DNA of 45,600 bases from Faecousia sp. (GCA_045659965.1 JAZRCU010000160.1:1-45600); one strand, 5' to 3'; counted from the stretch's first letter, positions 10,301-19,926 are shown. Notes: a model not told the origin generated them from the letters alone. Program-made: numbers and translations.

Positions 10301-13300
10301 GTATTTTATGCTGCGAACTTTCGCACATGAATTCGTTCACTTTATTGAAAATTGGGCTCCTATCCAGTACAATGAATTTAGAAAGGTAATTTTTGACACT
10401 CTTACCCAGCGTGGAGAGAATGTACATGACCTGATTGAGGATAAGCAGGCGCGGAACCCAGGCATGAGCTATGACAAGGCCAGCCGTGAGGTTGTGGCTG
10501 AGGCTATGACGGATATTCTCCCGGATGCTAACTTTGTGCAGACATTAGCAGAAAATCACAAGACCATCTTCCAGAAGTTGCTGGATAAGCTGAAAGAATT
10601 TGTTGAAAATCTCAGAGCTTATTACAGAACTATCGGCGGCAGCTATAATCGCGGTGCGATTGCCCTTAAGGAGCAAGTTGGTGAAACTGTTCAGTATCTG
10701 GACAGCATTGTGCAGCTGTTTGATAAGGTAGCTGTGGAGGCTGTGGAGAATTACCAGCAGACCGTGGCAGAGGAAGTGGCTGTTGCAGAAAATGCAACAA
10801 CCGAAACTATAACTGAAACTATAACTGAAACTATAATTAGAGATTCTGAAACTACAACTACAGTTGAAGAACCCGTGCCGGTTGTTGAAAAAGACTCTTA
10901 CGGCTTTGCTATTTCTGATAATGTTGAGCGCGGTTCTTTGGAGATCACCTTTGAAAGCAAACCTTCTGAGGCAGTTCGTGATGTGCTGAAGCAGAACAAA
11001 TTCCGCTGGAACGGCAAAAAGGGTGTGTGGTATGGTTTTGGCAATCGTGAGACCATTACAAATGCTCTCCACGCTGCCTATGAATCCGAAACAAAACCTA
11101 CCGAAACCGTAACAGAACCCATCGAAAGCGTAACAAACCAGGCAGAAAGCGTAACACAGACTGCCTCTGAGAAATTGGCTACAAAACTGCTGGAAGGTTA
11201 CCTCACCGAGGAAAATATCAATCGTGACGGTAAAGCACTGACTTCCAAGGAACTGTATGCAATGGCAGACGAAGCTTTTGGCGGTACGCAGGCAGAGGGC
11301 GCATATAACCGTAAGGATGCCTACGATGCTATGGAGCTGGCAGTGAATAAATTCTTGCTGCAGTATGCTGCAAAAGCCAATAAGACCTTTAACGGTACTG
11401 CAAAAAGCGCTGTTTCCGCTGTGGAATTCATGCAGGACATGTTGGAACTGCTTCCTACTCAGAATGTGCGTACACAAGAAATGGAAGATTTCCAGCAGTT
11501 TTCCACACCTCCAAACATTGCATATCTGGCTGCATGGGCGGCGAAGATCAGCAGCAATGACATGGTTCTGGAACCCTCTGCCGGTATTGGCGGCCTTGCG
11601 GTATTTGCCAAGGCATGGGGCGCGGAAGTGGCAGTGAATGAGCTGTCAAAGCGCAGATTGGAAGTGCTCCGGGCAATGGGATTTGACCATCTGTTTAATG
11701 AGAATGCAGAGCAGATCGACAATATTCTGCCTGAGAACATCTCCCCCAGTGTGGTTATTATGAATCCTCCGTTTTCCTCTACTGCAGGCAGAACGGCCAA
11801 CAATAAGACTTCCAATGCTGAAAAGCACATTAACCAGGCGTTGGCAAGGCTTAGAGACGGTGGACGTCTTGTGGCTGTGCTGGGCAAGAGCATGAACAAT
11901 CAGGATTATTACCGTTACTGGGATAAGCTGAGACAGAGTTATAATATCCGGGCGAATCTTTCCATTGATGGCAGCAACTATAAGAAGTACGGCACTACTT
12001 GGGGCGTACAGATTGTGGTTATCGACAAAACCGGTCCTCAGACCGGAGAAACCGTGACCGGAAGATTTACAGATCTTACGGAAGTACCAAACGTATTGGA
12101 GGGGATCAGAAATGACAGGGGCAACGTGGAAGAAAATCGTTCTGCAGGCAGCAACGACAGTATCCGTGAATCCGTATCTGATGGAGGAAATAGACAATCC
12201 GATATCGGAGACCAGGGAAGCGGTAAACGTGCTGCTGGAAGTTCTACCGACACTGAGCGTCCAAAGAATCGAAAAGGCACTGCAGGAGATTCGGGACCTG
12301 GGAATCGAACCGACGGAAAAGCAGCTGCAAAGAGTAGCAGTCAAGAGACTGGAAGCGAAGTCGGAGGAAGCATTGGAACAGTTGGATACCGAGATTCTGC
12401 AGATGGCAATGGAACAACTGAACCAAGTGCAGTTGATAGACCTCAGCCCGAGCAGTCACTACAACAGCTAACCGAACAGGAGAATGTCAGTGACGATGGT
12501 GTATATGCTACCTTTGTTGCACCGGATATCCCGGTAAAGGGCGGCAAAAAGCACCCGGCAATACTGGTGGAAAGTGCTGCTATGGCTGCCGTTTCTATGC
12601 CGAAGGCAACCTATAAACCGAAATTGCCGGATAATGTGGTAAAGAACAATCTTTCCGATGCGCAGCTGGTGACCGTGACATATGCAGGACAGGCACATGA
12701 GCAAAAGCTGCCGGACGGCAGAAGAAAGGGATTCTTTGTAGGTGACGGTACCGGCGTTGGTAAAGGAAGACAGATAGCTGGTATCATTCTGGATAACTTC
12801 ATGCAGGGCCGCACAAAGGCCGTGTGGATATCAAAGAACAATGACCTTTACGGTGACGCTATCCGTGACTGGACAGCAACCACCGGGCGCGGTAAGGATG
12901 AGGTAATCAATCACAGCAGGATCAAGCCGAAGGACAAAATCTCTCTGCAGGAGGGTATTCTGTACTCCACCTATGACACGATCAAATCGGAAAAGGGCGG
13001 CAATCGTCTTGAACAGATTGTGGAATGGTTGGGCAAGGACTTTGACGGCGTTATCGCCTTTGACGAGGCCCACAACATGGGTAACCTCTTCGGCAAAAAG
13101 GGTAAGTTCGGAAAATCAAAGGGTTCGGAAAAAGCAAGAGCTGGTGTGGAGCTGCAGAGAATGCTTCCCAATGCCAGAATCGTATATGTTTCTGCTACGG
13201 CGGCAACAGAGGTTGACAATCTGGCCTATGCTGAGCGTGTGGGCCTCTGGGGACAGGGAACCGCATTTAGTACCGCACAGGACTTTATTTCCAAGATCGG

Positions 13301-16300
13301 CGCTTCCGGCCTTGCGGCTATGGAGCTTGTGATCCGGGACATGAAAGCTATGGGTACCTATGTGGCCAGAAGTATCAGCTATAATGGCGTGAACTATGAC
13401 ACGGTAGAACATGACCTTGACCCTATGCAGACAGAGATATACAACACCATGAGCCGTGCATGGCAGAAGACCATGAGCAATGTACAAAGTGCACTGGAAA
13501 CCACCGGTGGACAGTATAACAGTACCGAGCGTCAAAAGGCACTGGGTAACTTCTACAGCGCTATGCAGCGGTTTTACAATCAGGTGCTTACCTCCATGTC
13601 TATGCCGTCAGTGGTTGCAGATATGCGCCGTGAGCTGGCAGCAGGGCATTCCTGTGTGCTTCAGATCGTGAATACCAATGAGGCACAGCAGAACAAGCAG
13701 CTGGCAGAGGCAAAGGCAAGCGGTGAAAGTCTGGATAATCTGGACCTGACACCCAGAGAAGCGCTGCTTGGTTACCTGACTACCTCTTTCCCCACGCAGA
13801 TGTTTGAGGAATATATGGACGATGATGGAAATCTCCGTTCCCGTCCGGTAATGGACAGTGCAGGCAATCCTGTTCAGAACAAAGCCGCTATCCGTCAGCG
13901 TGACGCACTGATCGAGGAAGTAAACCAAATGAGTATCCCGGATGGCCCGTTGGAAATGCTGTTTGATGCCTTTGGCCCGGATGCCGTGGCAGAGAACACA
14001 GGCAGAAGCCGCCGCGTGGTACCCAGAAAGCAGGCAGACGGTACTATCAGCCGAGTAGAGGAACGCCGTACTCTGAACCATAGAACGGCAGATGTGCAGG
14101 CATTTCAGGATGGCAAAAAGCGTATTTTGGTATTCTCCGATGCAGGCGGTACCGGTAAGAGCTATCATGCAGACCGCACTGAGAAAAACCAACAGCTTAG
14201 AATCCATTATGTGCTGCAGCCTGGTTGGGTAGCTTCCAATGCTGTACAGGGATTTGGCCGTACGCACCGAAGCAATGAGGCCAGCGCACCGATCTACAAG
14301 CTGGTAACTACCAATATTAAGGGCCAAAAGCGTTTTACTTCTACCATTGCCAGAAGACTTGACCAGTTGGGTGCTTTGACCAAGGGTCAGAGAGACACCG
14401 GTTCCGGTATGTTTGGGGCAAAGGATAATCTGGAAACAGATCTTGCCAAGGACAGCTTGCGTGAATTCTATAAGCGACTGGGCAAAAACCAGATTGATGG
14501 TATCGACGGCATGAAAACCCTTGACCGTCTGGGCCTGAAGCAGAAGTTTACCGATGAATACGGCGCTTTCAAGCTCAATGACAATCTGGCAAGGGATATC
14601 GGCACATTCCTAAACCGTATCCTTGCGCTGGAAGTTGATGAGCAGAATGTGGTATTCGATGCCTTTATCGGTATCTATGAGATGGAGCTGGAAGCGGCAA
14701 TTCAATCCGGCACTCTGGATACCGGCATGGAGAATGTGAAGGCTGATAAAATCGAAGTGGTGGACGATAAGGTGATCCGACAGGATAAGAATACCGGTGC
14801 TTCTACTCACTACATTCAGGCTAAGACTTTTACCAAGCCTAAGGTTGTTACCACTGTTGCGGAAATGGAGCAGAGGCGCAGCGGATTTGAGGGCATCTAC
14901 AAAACGGAAACCGGCGCTGTTAAGGCCGTATACCGTATTGCAGATAAGACTACGGAATGGGGCGCTATTCAGAAGCAGTACCGTTTGGTGGGCCCGAACC
15001 AAGGCGCTAAAAATAGCGTTTGGGGAGAAATGACCCTGAAAGAAAAGGCCCAGCTCATTGATAAGGCTGACTGGCAGAAAGAATGGGACGCGGAAGTTGC
15101 AAGGGTTCCCGAGTTTAACGAGGATACTCTGCACATGCTTACCGGCGCATTGCTGCCTATCTGGAACAACCTTCCGCAGGAGGGCAACACAAAGGTGAAG
15201 CGTCTGCTTGCCCACGATGGCAGCACTTACCTTGGCCGTGTTATTGATAAGGACCTGATCGACGGTGTGCTCAAAGGATTTGACATAGGGCGTACAATGG
15301 AAGTGTTCACCGCCCAGCAGGTGATGGACAAAGCTCTGGCAGGCGGCACGCATTTCTATTTGACCAATGACAGAACACAGATCTTCCGCAGCAGAGTCAG
15401 CGGAGAATGGCGACTGGAAATTGTGCAGCCTTATAACAGCTGGTATTTGACCAAGCGTTATCCCGGTATTATGCAGGAGCGTATTTCCTTCCGTGACCGC
15501 TACTTTATTCCCGTTGGAGAAAAGGGAGTTGCCATTCTGGAAAAGCTGCTTGCAGATAATCCTGTACGAAATACTACGGATGATTCGGAACAGTACCAGA
15601 GCAGAGACTACTTAAGTGAGGATGAAAGCTATGACCAAAGAGGAATTCAGACAGGTGCTGATCGAGCATCGGGAGTGGATCAACCAGTGCAGGGCGAAAT
15701 TCGGGGCACAGCCACTGACAGACGAGGAGATCGAACAGACGATAGAAGACTGCGAAAAGCTAAAGCGTGGGGAGATCTCGCTGCCAAAAGACGTTTGGGA
15801 ATCGTAAAGGCTGTAGAGAATCATATAAACAGCTCCGATAACTATGGTGAGATTCGACTGGTTTTGGCTGCGACTATTGGCAAGCCGGTTACGGAAATGA
15901 ATCTTCGGGACAAGCAGGCAGCAATCGAAATGCTTGCACAGGGGCTTTATGAAAGTATTACTGACTTGAACAATTCCCGCCCTCTTGTTGAGCAGAGGTG
16001 GAGATTCCTTGGTAATATCCGTCCCATCATTGAGGCAATCTATGGTGAGAACGTGCAATTTCAGCAGCGCACAGACGCACTGACAGACCGGGATGTGCTG
16101 GCTATGGCTGCCCGTGATGTGAATGTGGAAAATCTTGACGATGCGGAGAGAGACGCACTGAGAATCTTCCAGAACCGTCTGGATAAGCTGCAGAAGCTTC
16201 ATGCGGAAAGAGCAGAGCAGGGCAGACTGTATAAGGAACAGCAGTTTGGTGCCAATGTGGACCGGGCAGCGGCTTCTGAAACCCTGAACCGTATGCGCGT

Positions 16301-19300
16301 TTTGGATTCGCAGATCAAAAAAGCTAGTGAAGATGTTCTGGATGTGGAGAAAAAGAATGTCCTTAGAAGTGTACTGAAAAAAGCAAGGGCTGTTGTGGAG
16401 CAGCAGGAGCGCCAGCATGGGCAGGAAATTCTGAAACGTTGGAGAGACCGCCGCAATAATGCTGAGGCTATCAAGAAGTACCGTGACCGCTTAAGAGGCG
16501 ATGTGGATGAGCTGACCAACTGGGTATTACATCCGGACAATAAAGATGTCGTAAAGCATATCCCGGACGCGCTGAAAAATACTGTGGTCTCCTTCCTGTC
16601 TTCTATCAACTTCATGAGCAAGCGTTCTTTGGGCGGCGGCAATGCTACGGTAGCGGATAAGGCATTTATGGAACAGGCCCGCAGACTGGCAAAGGTGATG
16701 GAAGGTACGGTCAATGTGGATGAAATGTACTCCAATTACACCGACCTGCCGCCGGACTTTATGCAGAATCTGCGCAGATTCATGGACACTGCCCAAGAGA
16801 TCGTGGACAGCAACAGCGGCGATTTCATTATCAATCAAATGACTGCCGAAGAGCTGCAGAACCTGAGCAAGGTTGTCCGCACGCTGAAAAAGTACATCAT
16901 GCAGATGAACCGCTTCCATGTGAATGCCATGTTCAAGCATGTGTATGAGGCTGGCGAGAATTCCATTGACTTCCTTGCACAGCTGAAGCCAGCAGAGAAT
17001 ACCGGCGCTGTTTCCCAGTTCCTGCTTTGGCAGCAAATGCGCCCTGCATACGCGTTTGAACGATTTGGTGAGGGCGGTACCGCCATCTATGACGGCCTGC
17101 GCCGCGGACAGGCAACACTTGCCTTCAACACCAAGAAGATTCAGGCATTTGCAGAAAAGGCATACACGACAGCCGAAGTAAAGGCGTGGGAAGATCAGGT
17201 CAAGACCATTCGACTGGGACCAGATAAATATGTGAAAATGCGTGTTTCTCAGATCATGTCCCTGTATGAGCTGAATAAGCGTGAGCAGGCTCAGGGCCAT
17301 ATCTTTGGAGAAGGTATCCGGGTAGCTACCTTTAAGGCAGGCAATAAGAAAATCTCCGATGTTGGCCAGACCCTTACCCCGGGTGAACTGAATTTGATTC
17401 TCCGTGAGCTGACACCCCGCCAGAAGGAAGTGGCTGACAAGCTGCAGCAGTTTATGCAGCAGCAGGGCGGCGAGTGGGGCAACTATGTAACGGTTGCCAG
17501 ATTCGGAGAAAAGCAGTTCGGTGAGGAAAACTATTTCCCCATTAACTCCGATGGACGACACCTTTCTGTGGACGCGGACGAGAAACCCGGTGCAGCTGCG
17601 CTGTATGCACTGCTGAACATGGGCTTTACCAAGCAGACACAGGAAAAGGCAAAGAACCGGATCGTTGTGTACAGTATCTTCGATGTGTTTGCAAACCACA
17701 TGGCCAGCATGGCACAGTACAATGCGTTTGCGCTGCCGGTGGTGGATGCGCTGAAATGGTTCAATTATCAGCGGGTACACATTGACGAGAAGGGTACCAA
17801 GACGCTTTTGGGAAGCGTCCGGGAGCAGATGGACAGAGCTTTCGGCGTGCCGGAAGAAAACAGACCCGGAAGCGGAAAACGTGGCTATGCGCAGAACTTT
17901 GTGATCAACATCATAAAGGCATTTAACGGCACCGAGGCACAAGGTACCCCCAATGATACCTGGGGCCTGCAGACGCTGCATAACTACAACCGGGCGCAGG
18001 TTGCATTCAACTTCCGTTCTGTTGTGCAGCAGCCTTTGGCAATCACCAGAGCGGCACAGCTTTTGGATTATGGTTCCATCCTGAAGGGAATGAAGCTCAA
18101 CCCGGCAGCGATCCGGAAGAATGTGCAGGAAATGCAGCAATACAGCGGTATTGCCGCATGGAAGTCTCTTGGCTTCTATGATGTGAATATCTCCCGGGGC
18201 CTTACCTCCCTGATCAAGCACGATGATACTACGCTGGATAAAATCACAGATGTGGGTATGTGGGGTGCAGAAAAGGCGGACCTTTGGGCATGGGCTGCTA
18301 TATGGAGCGCTGCCAAGGAGGAAGTGGTTCGCAAACAGAAGCTTACTCCAAAGAGTGAGGGATTCTATGATGCAGTAACAAAGCTGTTTGAGGATGTAAT
18401 CTACAAGACACAGGTTGTAGACAGCGTTCTTACCAAGAATGAATTCATGCGGGACAAGGGATTCTTTGCAAGAGCTGTTGGTTCCTTTATGTCCGAGCCT
18501 ACCACCACCGCCAGTATGCTGGTAGATGCCTACGATAAGTATCACATGGATATGCAGCGCGGGATGAACAGACAGCAGGCATTGAAGAAAAACAGTAAGA
18601 TGATCGTCCGAACTGCTTATGTGTACGGTATTGGCGCTGTGATTCTGGCGGCTGTGCAGGCTGTGGCAGACGCTTTCCGTGACGATGATGATTATCAGGA
18701 ATTCCTGGAAAAGTGGCTGGAGGCCTTTGGTGGCAACCTGGTGGACGAGCTTATGCCGGTTAACAAGCTTCCTATCTTGGGTGATGTATACGAACTTGCT
18801 AAGGAAGTACTCTCTACTTGGGGTGTGGACACCTACGGAAATCCTCCCCAGTCTGTATTTATGCAAGGATGGGACAGTTTTGTAACGGGGTCTAAAATTA
18901 TTCACGATAAGATTACCGGCGAAAGCACTAACTACACATGGTATGGCGGCGCGTATAAGCTTCTGCAGGCGGCCTCCGGTATTTCCGGTCTGCCCATGGC
19001 GGCGGCTACCCGTGAAATCATTACTGCATGGAATAACACTGTGGGCGCTATGGCACCGAGCCTAAAGCTGAAAACCTACGAACCCGGCGAGAAAGCGCAG
19101 ATCAAGTATGCTTATGAGGATGGATATCTCACCGCAGAGGAAGCCAAGGAGCAGTTGCTGCAGCAGAATCTTGTGGATACCGAGGATGAAGCATACTGGA
19201 CCATTCAGGGCTGGGAGGCCGGGGACGGCTATTCCAGATATGACGCTATCTATGAAGCGGTTCGCAATAACGGCGACTTTAACGCGGCTTTAAGAGAACT

Positions 19301-19880
19301 TACCTCCCACGGCTATACCGAGAAGGATGTTCTCAGTCAGGTTAAAGGAAAAATCGGCGAGTGGTACAAAGGTGGCGAGATCACAAAGCAGCAGGCAACA
19401 TCTATGCTGTCTAAGTATTTGGACATGGGCAGTGAGGAAATCACTGATACTGTAAACAAGTGGAGCAGCAAAGTGGTTACCGGGATTGCCTTTGAGGATA
19501 TCAAGCAGGAATTCTTGGACGGCAACATTACCTACCAAATAGCTGTTGATATGCGTATGCGATACGGTGGACAGACCAAAGAGGATGCCCAAAATACAGT
19601 CGGTGAATGGAAATTTGAGGCTGAACACCCTGAATTGGACGGACGAATCACTTATGCGCAATATAAGCGCTGGGAAACCGATGGAAAACCCAACGGCGTC
19701 ACCATTGGCACATTCACGGATGTGGCTGAATTTAGGGACGATGGCACATCGGATGGTGTGAAGAGTCAGGAAGAAGTTGCGGCGTATATCAATGATCTAA
19801 ATATCTCCATTGCACAAAAGGATGCACTGTGGATTTGCTTCTGGAAAGAAACAACCCTTAAGAATGCACCCTGGCATTAA
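7368..19880 (+). CDS. Giant polyvalent ejection protein: zincin-like metallopeptidase + N6-adenine DNA methyltransferase + Strawberry-notch-type SF2 helicase (DarB-like architecture)
   Basis: 4170 aa; HEFVH (10326-10340) with downstream EVVAE; MTase motif I VLEPSAGIG and motif IV NPPF (11763-11774); GFFVGDGTGVGKGR, FDEAH, YVSATA and QGFGRTHRSNE helicase motifs. Confidence 0.85.
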   Translation: MAFDLLTYAKERKKETGSSTQQAQEGQGQFDLKDYAMRKNAGNVAKILSDRVNTWIQNHNNYIQNHQTRYSGRKFNYEDAYVSDSKDWLDTVNKQRLKFQAEADNILSYLDQYKGYLDSDWANEVQKALTDSLQQQKSIYTAALQDNSWWKNFKDETEYQTAGRYDGYSKKYSGKTFDDYQKALEMLEDGEEKEWLRMYQGEILKGNEDFIEFSKKGASIANPTFDDAQYNGVLFGLKWGNDDVGNIVTFSRDNWEAIANDMADENLHVVGNYLYHYMDENEVDVYNYLLAKEGKERAQQYLDSLEDQLNRRAGTGMAQNIMGIDNDILRVVTQGTFGLTAGLDQWASGTRQFFTDEQLPTSPTQYANAEIYNSLDGLGQNLYTATNVIGNMAPSILVSAVAGGMGVPLKLAQGAGALTMGVSAAGNAYADALDKGYEKGQARTYSTLVGAAEGGLQYLMGGIGKLGGVGTEKIMSKVAMIDNSLLRISAKLGVDLLGEVAEEELQNFLEPALRSIIFGEDYDMPTIDELLETAIVTAITTPILGGKDTIMEDLSESKYYKDTYGGSQQELVGEALEIDPENVYAQKLQGYLDKGKNLNGNQLNRLVQQNDAAITAQDMTTIQTAAESRLTELGETGDVAAIAKVLTKQAAGEKLSPTEQKLISNSKYGQRVANELNPENINSGDYSSQWAQKLDTERINAQEYSRLVEAAQLPQETAQATAVQNVPQMPKESQPVQAEPVQEPTATVAKNQTVEVQPETTAANDQQVTGKLTADEPSAVAEETSVIEETEVGTVSLEDASQKYGAQAKAMIHTYQAGQDVAKFDKAYQAAYDMGKAGVNISYALKSESTSYLTEAQRGLAYEAGEAASNTTAHELDAKNKTAVNGKTGRKKGVVRGDGVTVKDLDEAFNLTQSMAYKYLVDAAEATGIDIVLYRSTPNAEGKFQEAQGKYNRNEPGTLYIDLNAGLRNIDDANKLHRYFMLRTFAHEFVHFIENWAPIQYNEFRKVIFDTLTQRGENVHDLIEDKQARNPGMSYDKASREVVAEAMTDILPDANFVQTLAENHKTIFQKLLDKLKEFVENLRAYYRTIGGSYNRGAIALKEQVGETVQYLDSIVQLFDKVAVEAVENYQQTVAEEVAVAENATTETITETITETIIRDSETTTTVEEPVPVVEKDSYGFAISDNVERGSLEITFESKPSEAVRDVLKQNKFRWNGKKGVWYGFGNRETITNALHAAYESETKPTETVTEPIESVTNQAESVTQTASEKLATKLLEGYLTEENINRDGKALTSKELYAMADEAFGGTQAEGAYNRKDAYDAMELAVNKFLLQYAAKANKTFNGTAKSAVSAVEFMQDMLELLPTQNVRTQEMEDFQQFSTPPNIAYLAAWAAKISSNDMVLEPSAGIGGLAVFAKAWGAEVAVNELSKRRLEVLRAMGFDHLFNENAEQIDNILPENISPSVVIMNPPFSSTAGRTANNKTSNAEKHINQALARLRDGGRLVAVLGKSMNNQDYYRYWDKLRQSYNIRANLSIDGSNYKKYGTTWGVQIVVIDKTGPQTGETVTGRFTDLTEVPNVLEGIRNDRGNVEENRSAGSNDSIRESVSDGGNRQSDIGDQGSGKRAAGSSTDTERPKNRKGTAGDSGPGNRTDGKAAAKSSSQETGSEVGGSIGTVGYRDSADGNGTTEPSAVDRPQPEQSLQQLTEQENVSDDGVYATFVAPDIPVKGGKKHPAILVESAAMAAVSMPKATYKPKLPDNVVKNNLSDAQLVTVTYAGQAHEQKLPDGRRKGFFVGDGTGVGKGRQIAGIILDNFMQGRTKAVWISKNNDLYGDAIRDWTATTGRGKDEVINHSRIKPKDKISLQEGILYSTYDTIKSEKGGNRLEQIVEWLGKDFDGVIAFDEAHNMGNLFGKKGKFGKSKGSEKARAGVELQRMLPNARIVYVSATAATEVDNLAYAERVGLWGQGTAFSTAQDFISKIGASGLAAMELVIRDMKAMGTYVARSISYNGVNYDTVEHDLDPMQTEIYNTMSRAWQKTMSNVQSALETTGGQYNSTERQKALGNFYSAMQRFYNQVLTSMSMPSVVADMRRELAAGHSCVLQIVNTNEAQQNKQLAEAKASGESLDNLDLTPREALLGYLTTSFPTQMFEEYMDDDGNLRSRPVMDSAGNPVQNKAAIRQRDALIEEVNQMSIPDGPLEMLFDAFGPDAVAENTGRSRRVVPRKQADGTISRVEERRTLNHRTADVQAFQDGKKRILVFSDAGGTGKSYHADRTEKNQQLRIHYVLQPGWVASNAVQGFGRTHRSNEASAPIYKLVTTNIKGQKRFTSTIARRLDQLGALTKGQRDTGSGMFGAKDNLETDLAKDSLREFYKRLGKNQIDGIDGMKTLDRLGLKQKFTDEYGAFKLNDNLARDIGTFLNRILALEVDEQNVVFDAFIGIYEMELEAAIQSGTLDTGMENVKADKIEVVDDKVIRQDKNTGASTHYIQAKTFTKPKVVTTVAEMEQRRSGFEGIYKTETGAVKAVYRIADKTTEWGAIQKQYRLVGPNQGAKNSVWGEMTLKEKAQLIDKADWQKEWDAEVARVPEFNEDTLHMLTGALLPIWNNLPQEGNTKVKRLLAHDGSTYLGRVIDKDLIDGVLKGFDIGRTMEVFTAQQVMDKALAGGTHFYLTNDRTQIFRSRVSGEWRLEIVQPYNSWYLTKRYPGIMQERISFRDRYFIPVGEKGVAILEKLLADNPVRNTTDDSEQYQSRDYLSEDESYDQRGIQTGADRASGVDQPVQGEIRGTATDRRGDRTDDRRLRKAKAWGDLAAKRRLGIVKAVENHINSSDNYGEIRLVLAATIGKPVTEMNLRDKQAAIEMLAQGLYESITDLNNSRPLVEQRWRFLGNIRPIIEAIYGENVQFQQRTDALTDRDVLAMAARDVNVENLDDAERDALRIFQNRLDKLQKLHAERAEQGRLYKEQQFGANVDRAAASETLNRMRVLDSQIKKASEDVLDVEKKNVLRSVLKKARAVVEQQERQHGQEILKRWRDRRNNAEAIKKYRDRLRGDVDELTNWVLHPDNKDVVKHIPDALKNTVVSFLSSINFMSKRSLGGGNATVADKAFMEQARRLAKVMEGTVNVDEMYSNYTDLPPDFMQNLRRFMDTAQEIVDSNSGDFIINQMTAEELQNLSKVVRTLKKYIMQMNRFHVNAMFKHVYEAGENSIDFLAQLKPAENTGAVSQFLLWQQMRPAYAFERFGEGGTAIYDGLRRGQATLAFNTKKIQAFAEKAYTTAEVKAWEDQVKTIRLGPDKYVKMRVSQIMSLYELNKREQAQGHIFGEGIRVATFKAGNKKISDVGQTLTPGELNLILRELTPRQKEVADKLQQFMQQQGGEWGNYVTVARFGEKQFGEENYFPINSDGRHLSVDADEKPGAAALYALLNMGFTKQTQEKAKNRIVVYSIFDVFANHMASMAQYNAFALPVVDALKWFNYQRVHIDEKGTKTLLGSVREQMDRAFGVPEENRPGSGKRGYAQNFVINIIKAFNGTEAQGTPNDTWGLQTLHNYNRAQVAFNFRSVVQQPLAITRAAQLLDYGSILKGMKLNPAAIRKNVQEMQQYSGIAAWKSLGFYDVNISRGLTSLIKHDDTTLDKITDVGMWGAEKADLWAWAAIWSAAKEEVVRKQKLTPKSEGFYDAVTKLFEDVIYKTQVVDSVLTKNEFMRDKGFFARAVGSFMSEPTTTASMLVDAYDKYHMDMQRGMNRQQALKKNSKMIVRTAYVYGIGAVILAAVQAVADAFRDDDDYQEFLEKWLEAFGGNLVDELMPVNKLPILGDVYELAKEVLSTWGVDTYGNPPQSVFMQGWDSFVTGSKIIHDKITGESTNYTWYGGAYKLLQAASGISGLPMAAATREIITAWNNTVGAMAPSLKLKTYEPGEKAQIKYAYEDGYLTAEEAKEQLLQQNLVDTEDEAYWTIQGWEAGDGYSRYDAIYEAVRNNGDFNAALRELTSHGYTEKDVLSQVKGKIGEWYKGGEITKQQATSMLSKYLDMGSEEITDTVNKWSSKVVTGIAFEDIKQEFLDGNITYQIAVDMRMRYGGQTKEDAQNTVGEWKFEAEHPELDGRITYAQYKRWETDGKPNGVTIGTFTDVAEFRDDGTSDGVKSQEEVAAYINDLNISIAQKDALWICFWKETTLKNAPWH
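10803..10837 (+). repeat. 12-bp tandem repeat x3 (ETIT linker)
   Basis: gaaactataact gaaactataact gaaactataat. Confidence 0.85.
12112..12471 (+). CDS. Nested +1-frame gene inside the giant ORF (119 aa, helical)
   Basis: GGAGG at 12098-12102, 9 nt before ATG; amphipathic E/L/Q-rich product while the host frame reads as a G/S/D/R low-complexity linker over the same span. Confidence 0.6.
   Translation: MTGATWKKIVLQAATTVSVNPYLMEEIDNPISETREAVNVLLEVLPTLSVQRIEKALQEIRDLGIEPTEKQLQRVAVKRLEAKSEEALEQLDTEILQMAMEQLNQVQLIDLSPSSHYNS
15631..15807 (+). CDS. Nested +1-frame gene inside the giant ORF (58 aa, helical)
   Basis: GAGG at 15618-15621, 9 nt before ATG; MTKEEFRQVLIEHREWINQCRAKFGAQPLTDEEIEQTIEDCEKLKRG; the host frame is R/D/G-rich here. 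Confidence 0.55.
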   Translation: MTKEEFRQVLIEHREWINQCRAKFGAQPLTDEEIEQTIEDCEKLKRGEISLPKDVWES

Positions 19881-19889
19881 GTAAATAGG

Positions 19890-19926
19890 AAGCGGCTCAG
19901 GAATAGATAATCCTGGGCCGCTTTTG
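19890..19926 (+). terminator. Intrinsic terminator after the giant gene
   Basis: aagcggctcagga/tcctgggccgctt stem then TTTTG. Confidence 0.75.

Noticed and set aside
16527-18905. 792-aa antisense ORF inside the giant gene
   Set aside because: No RBS noticed, implausible H/L/V-rich composition, codon-aligned with the sense ORF; a shadow of codon bias. The same applies to the other long minus-strand ORFs at 10545, 13608, 14610, 15612 and 32470
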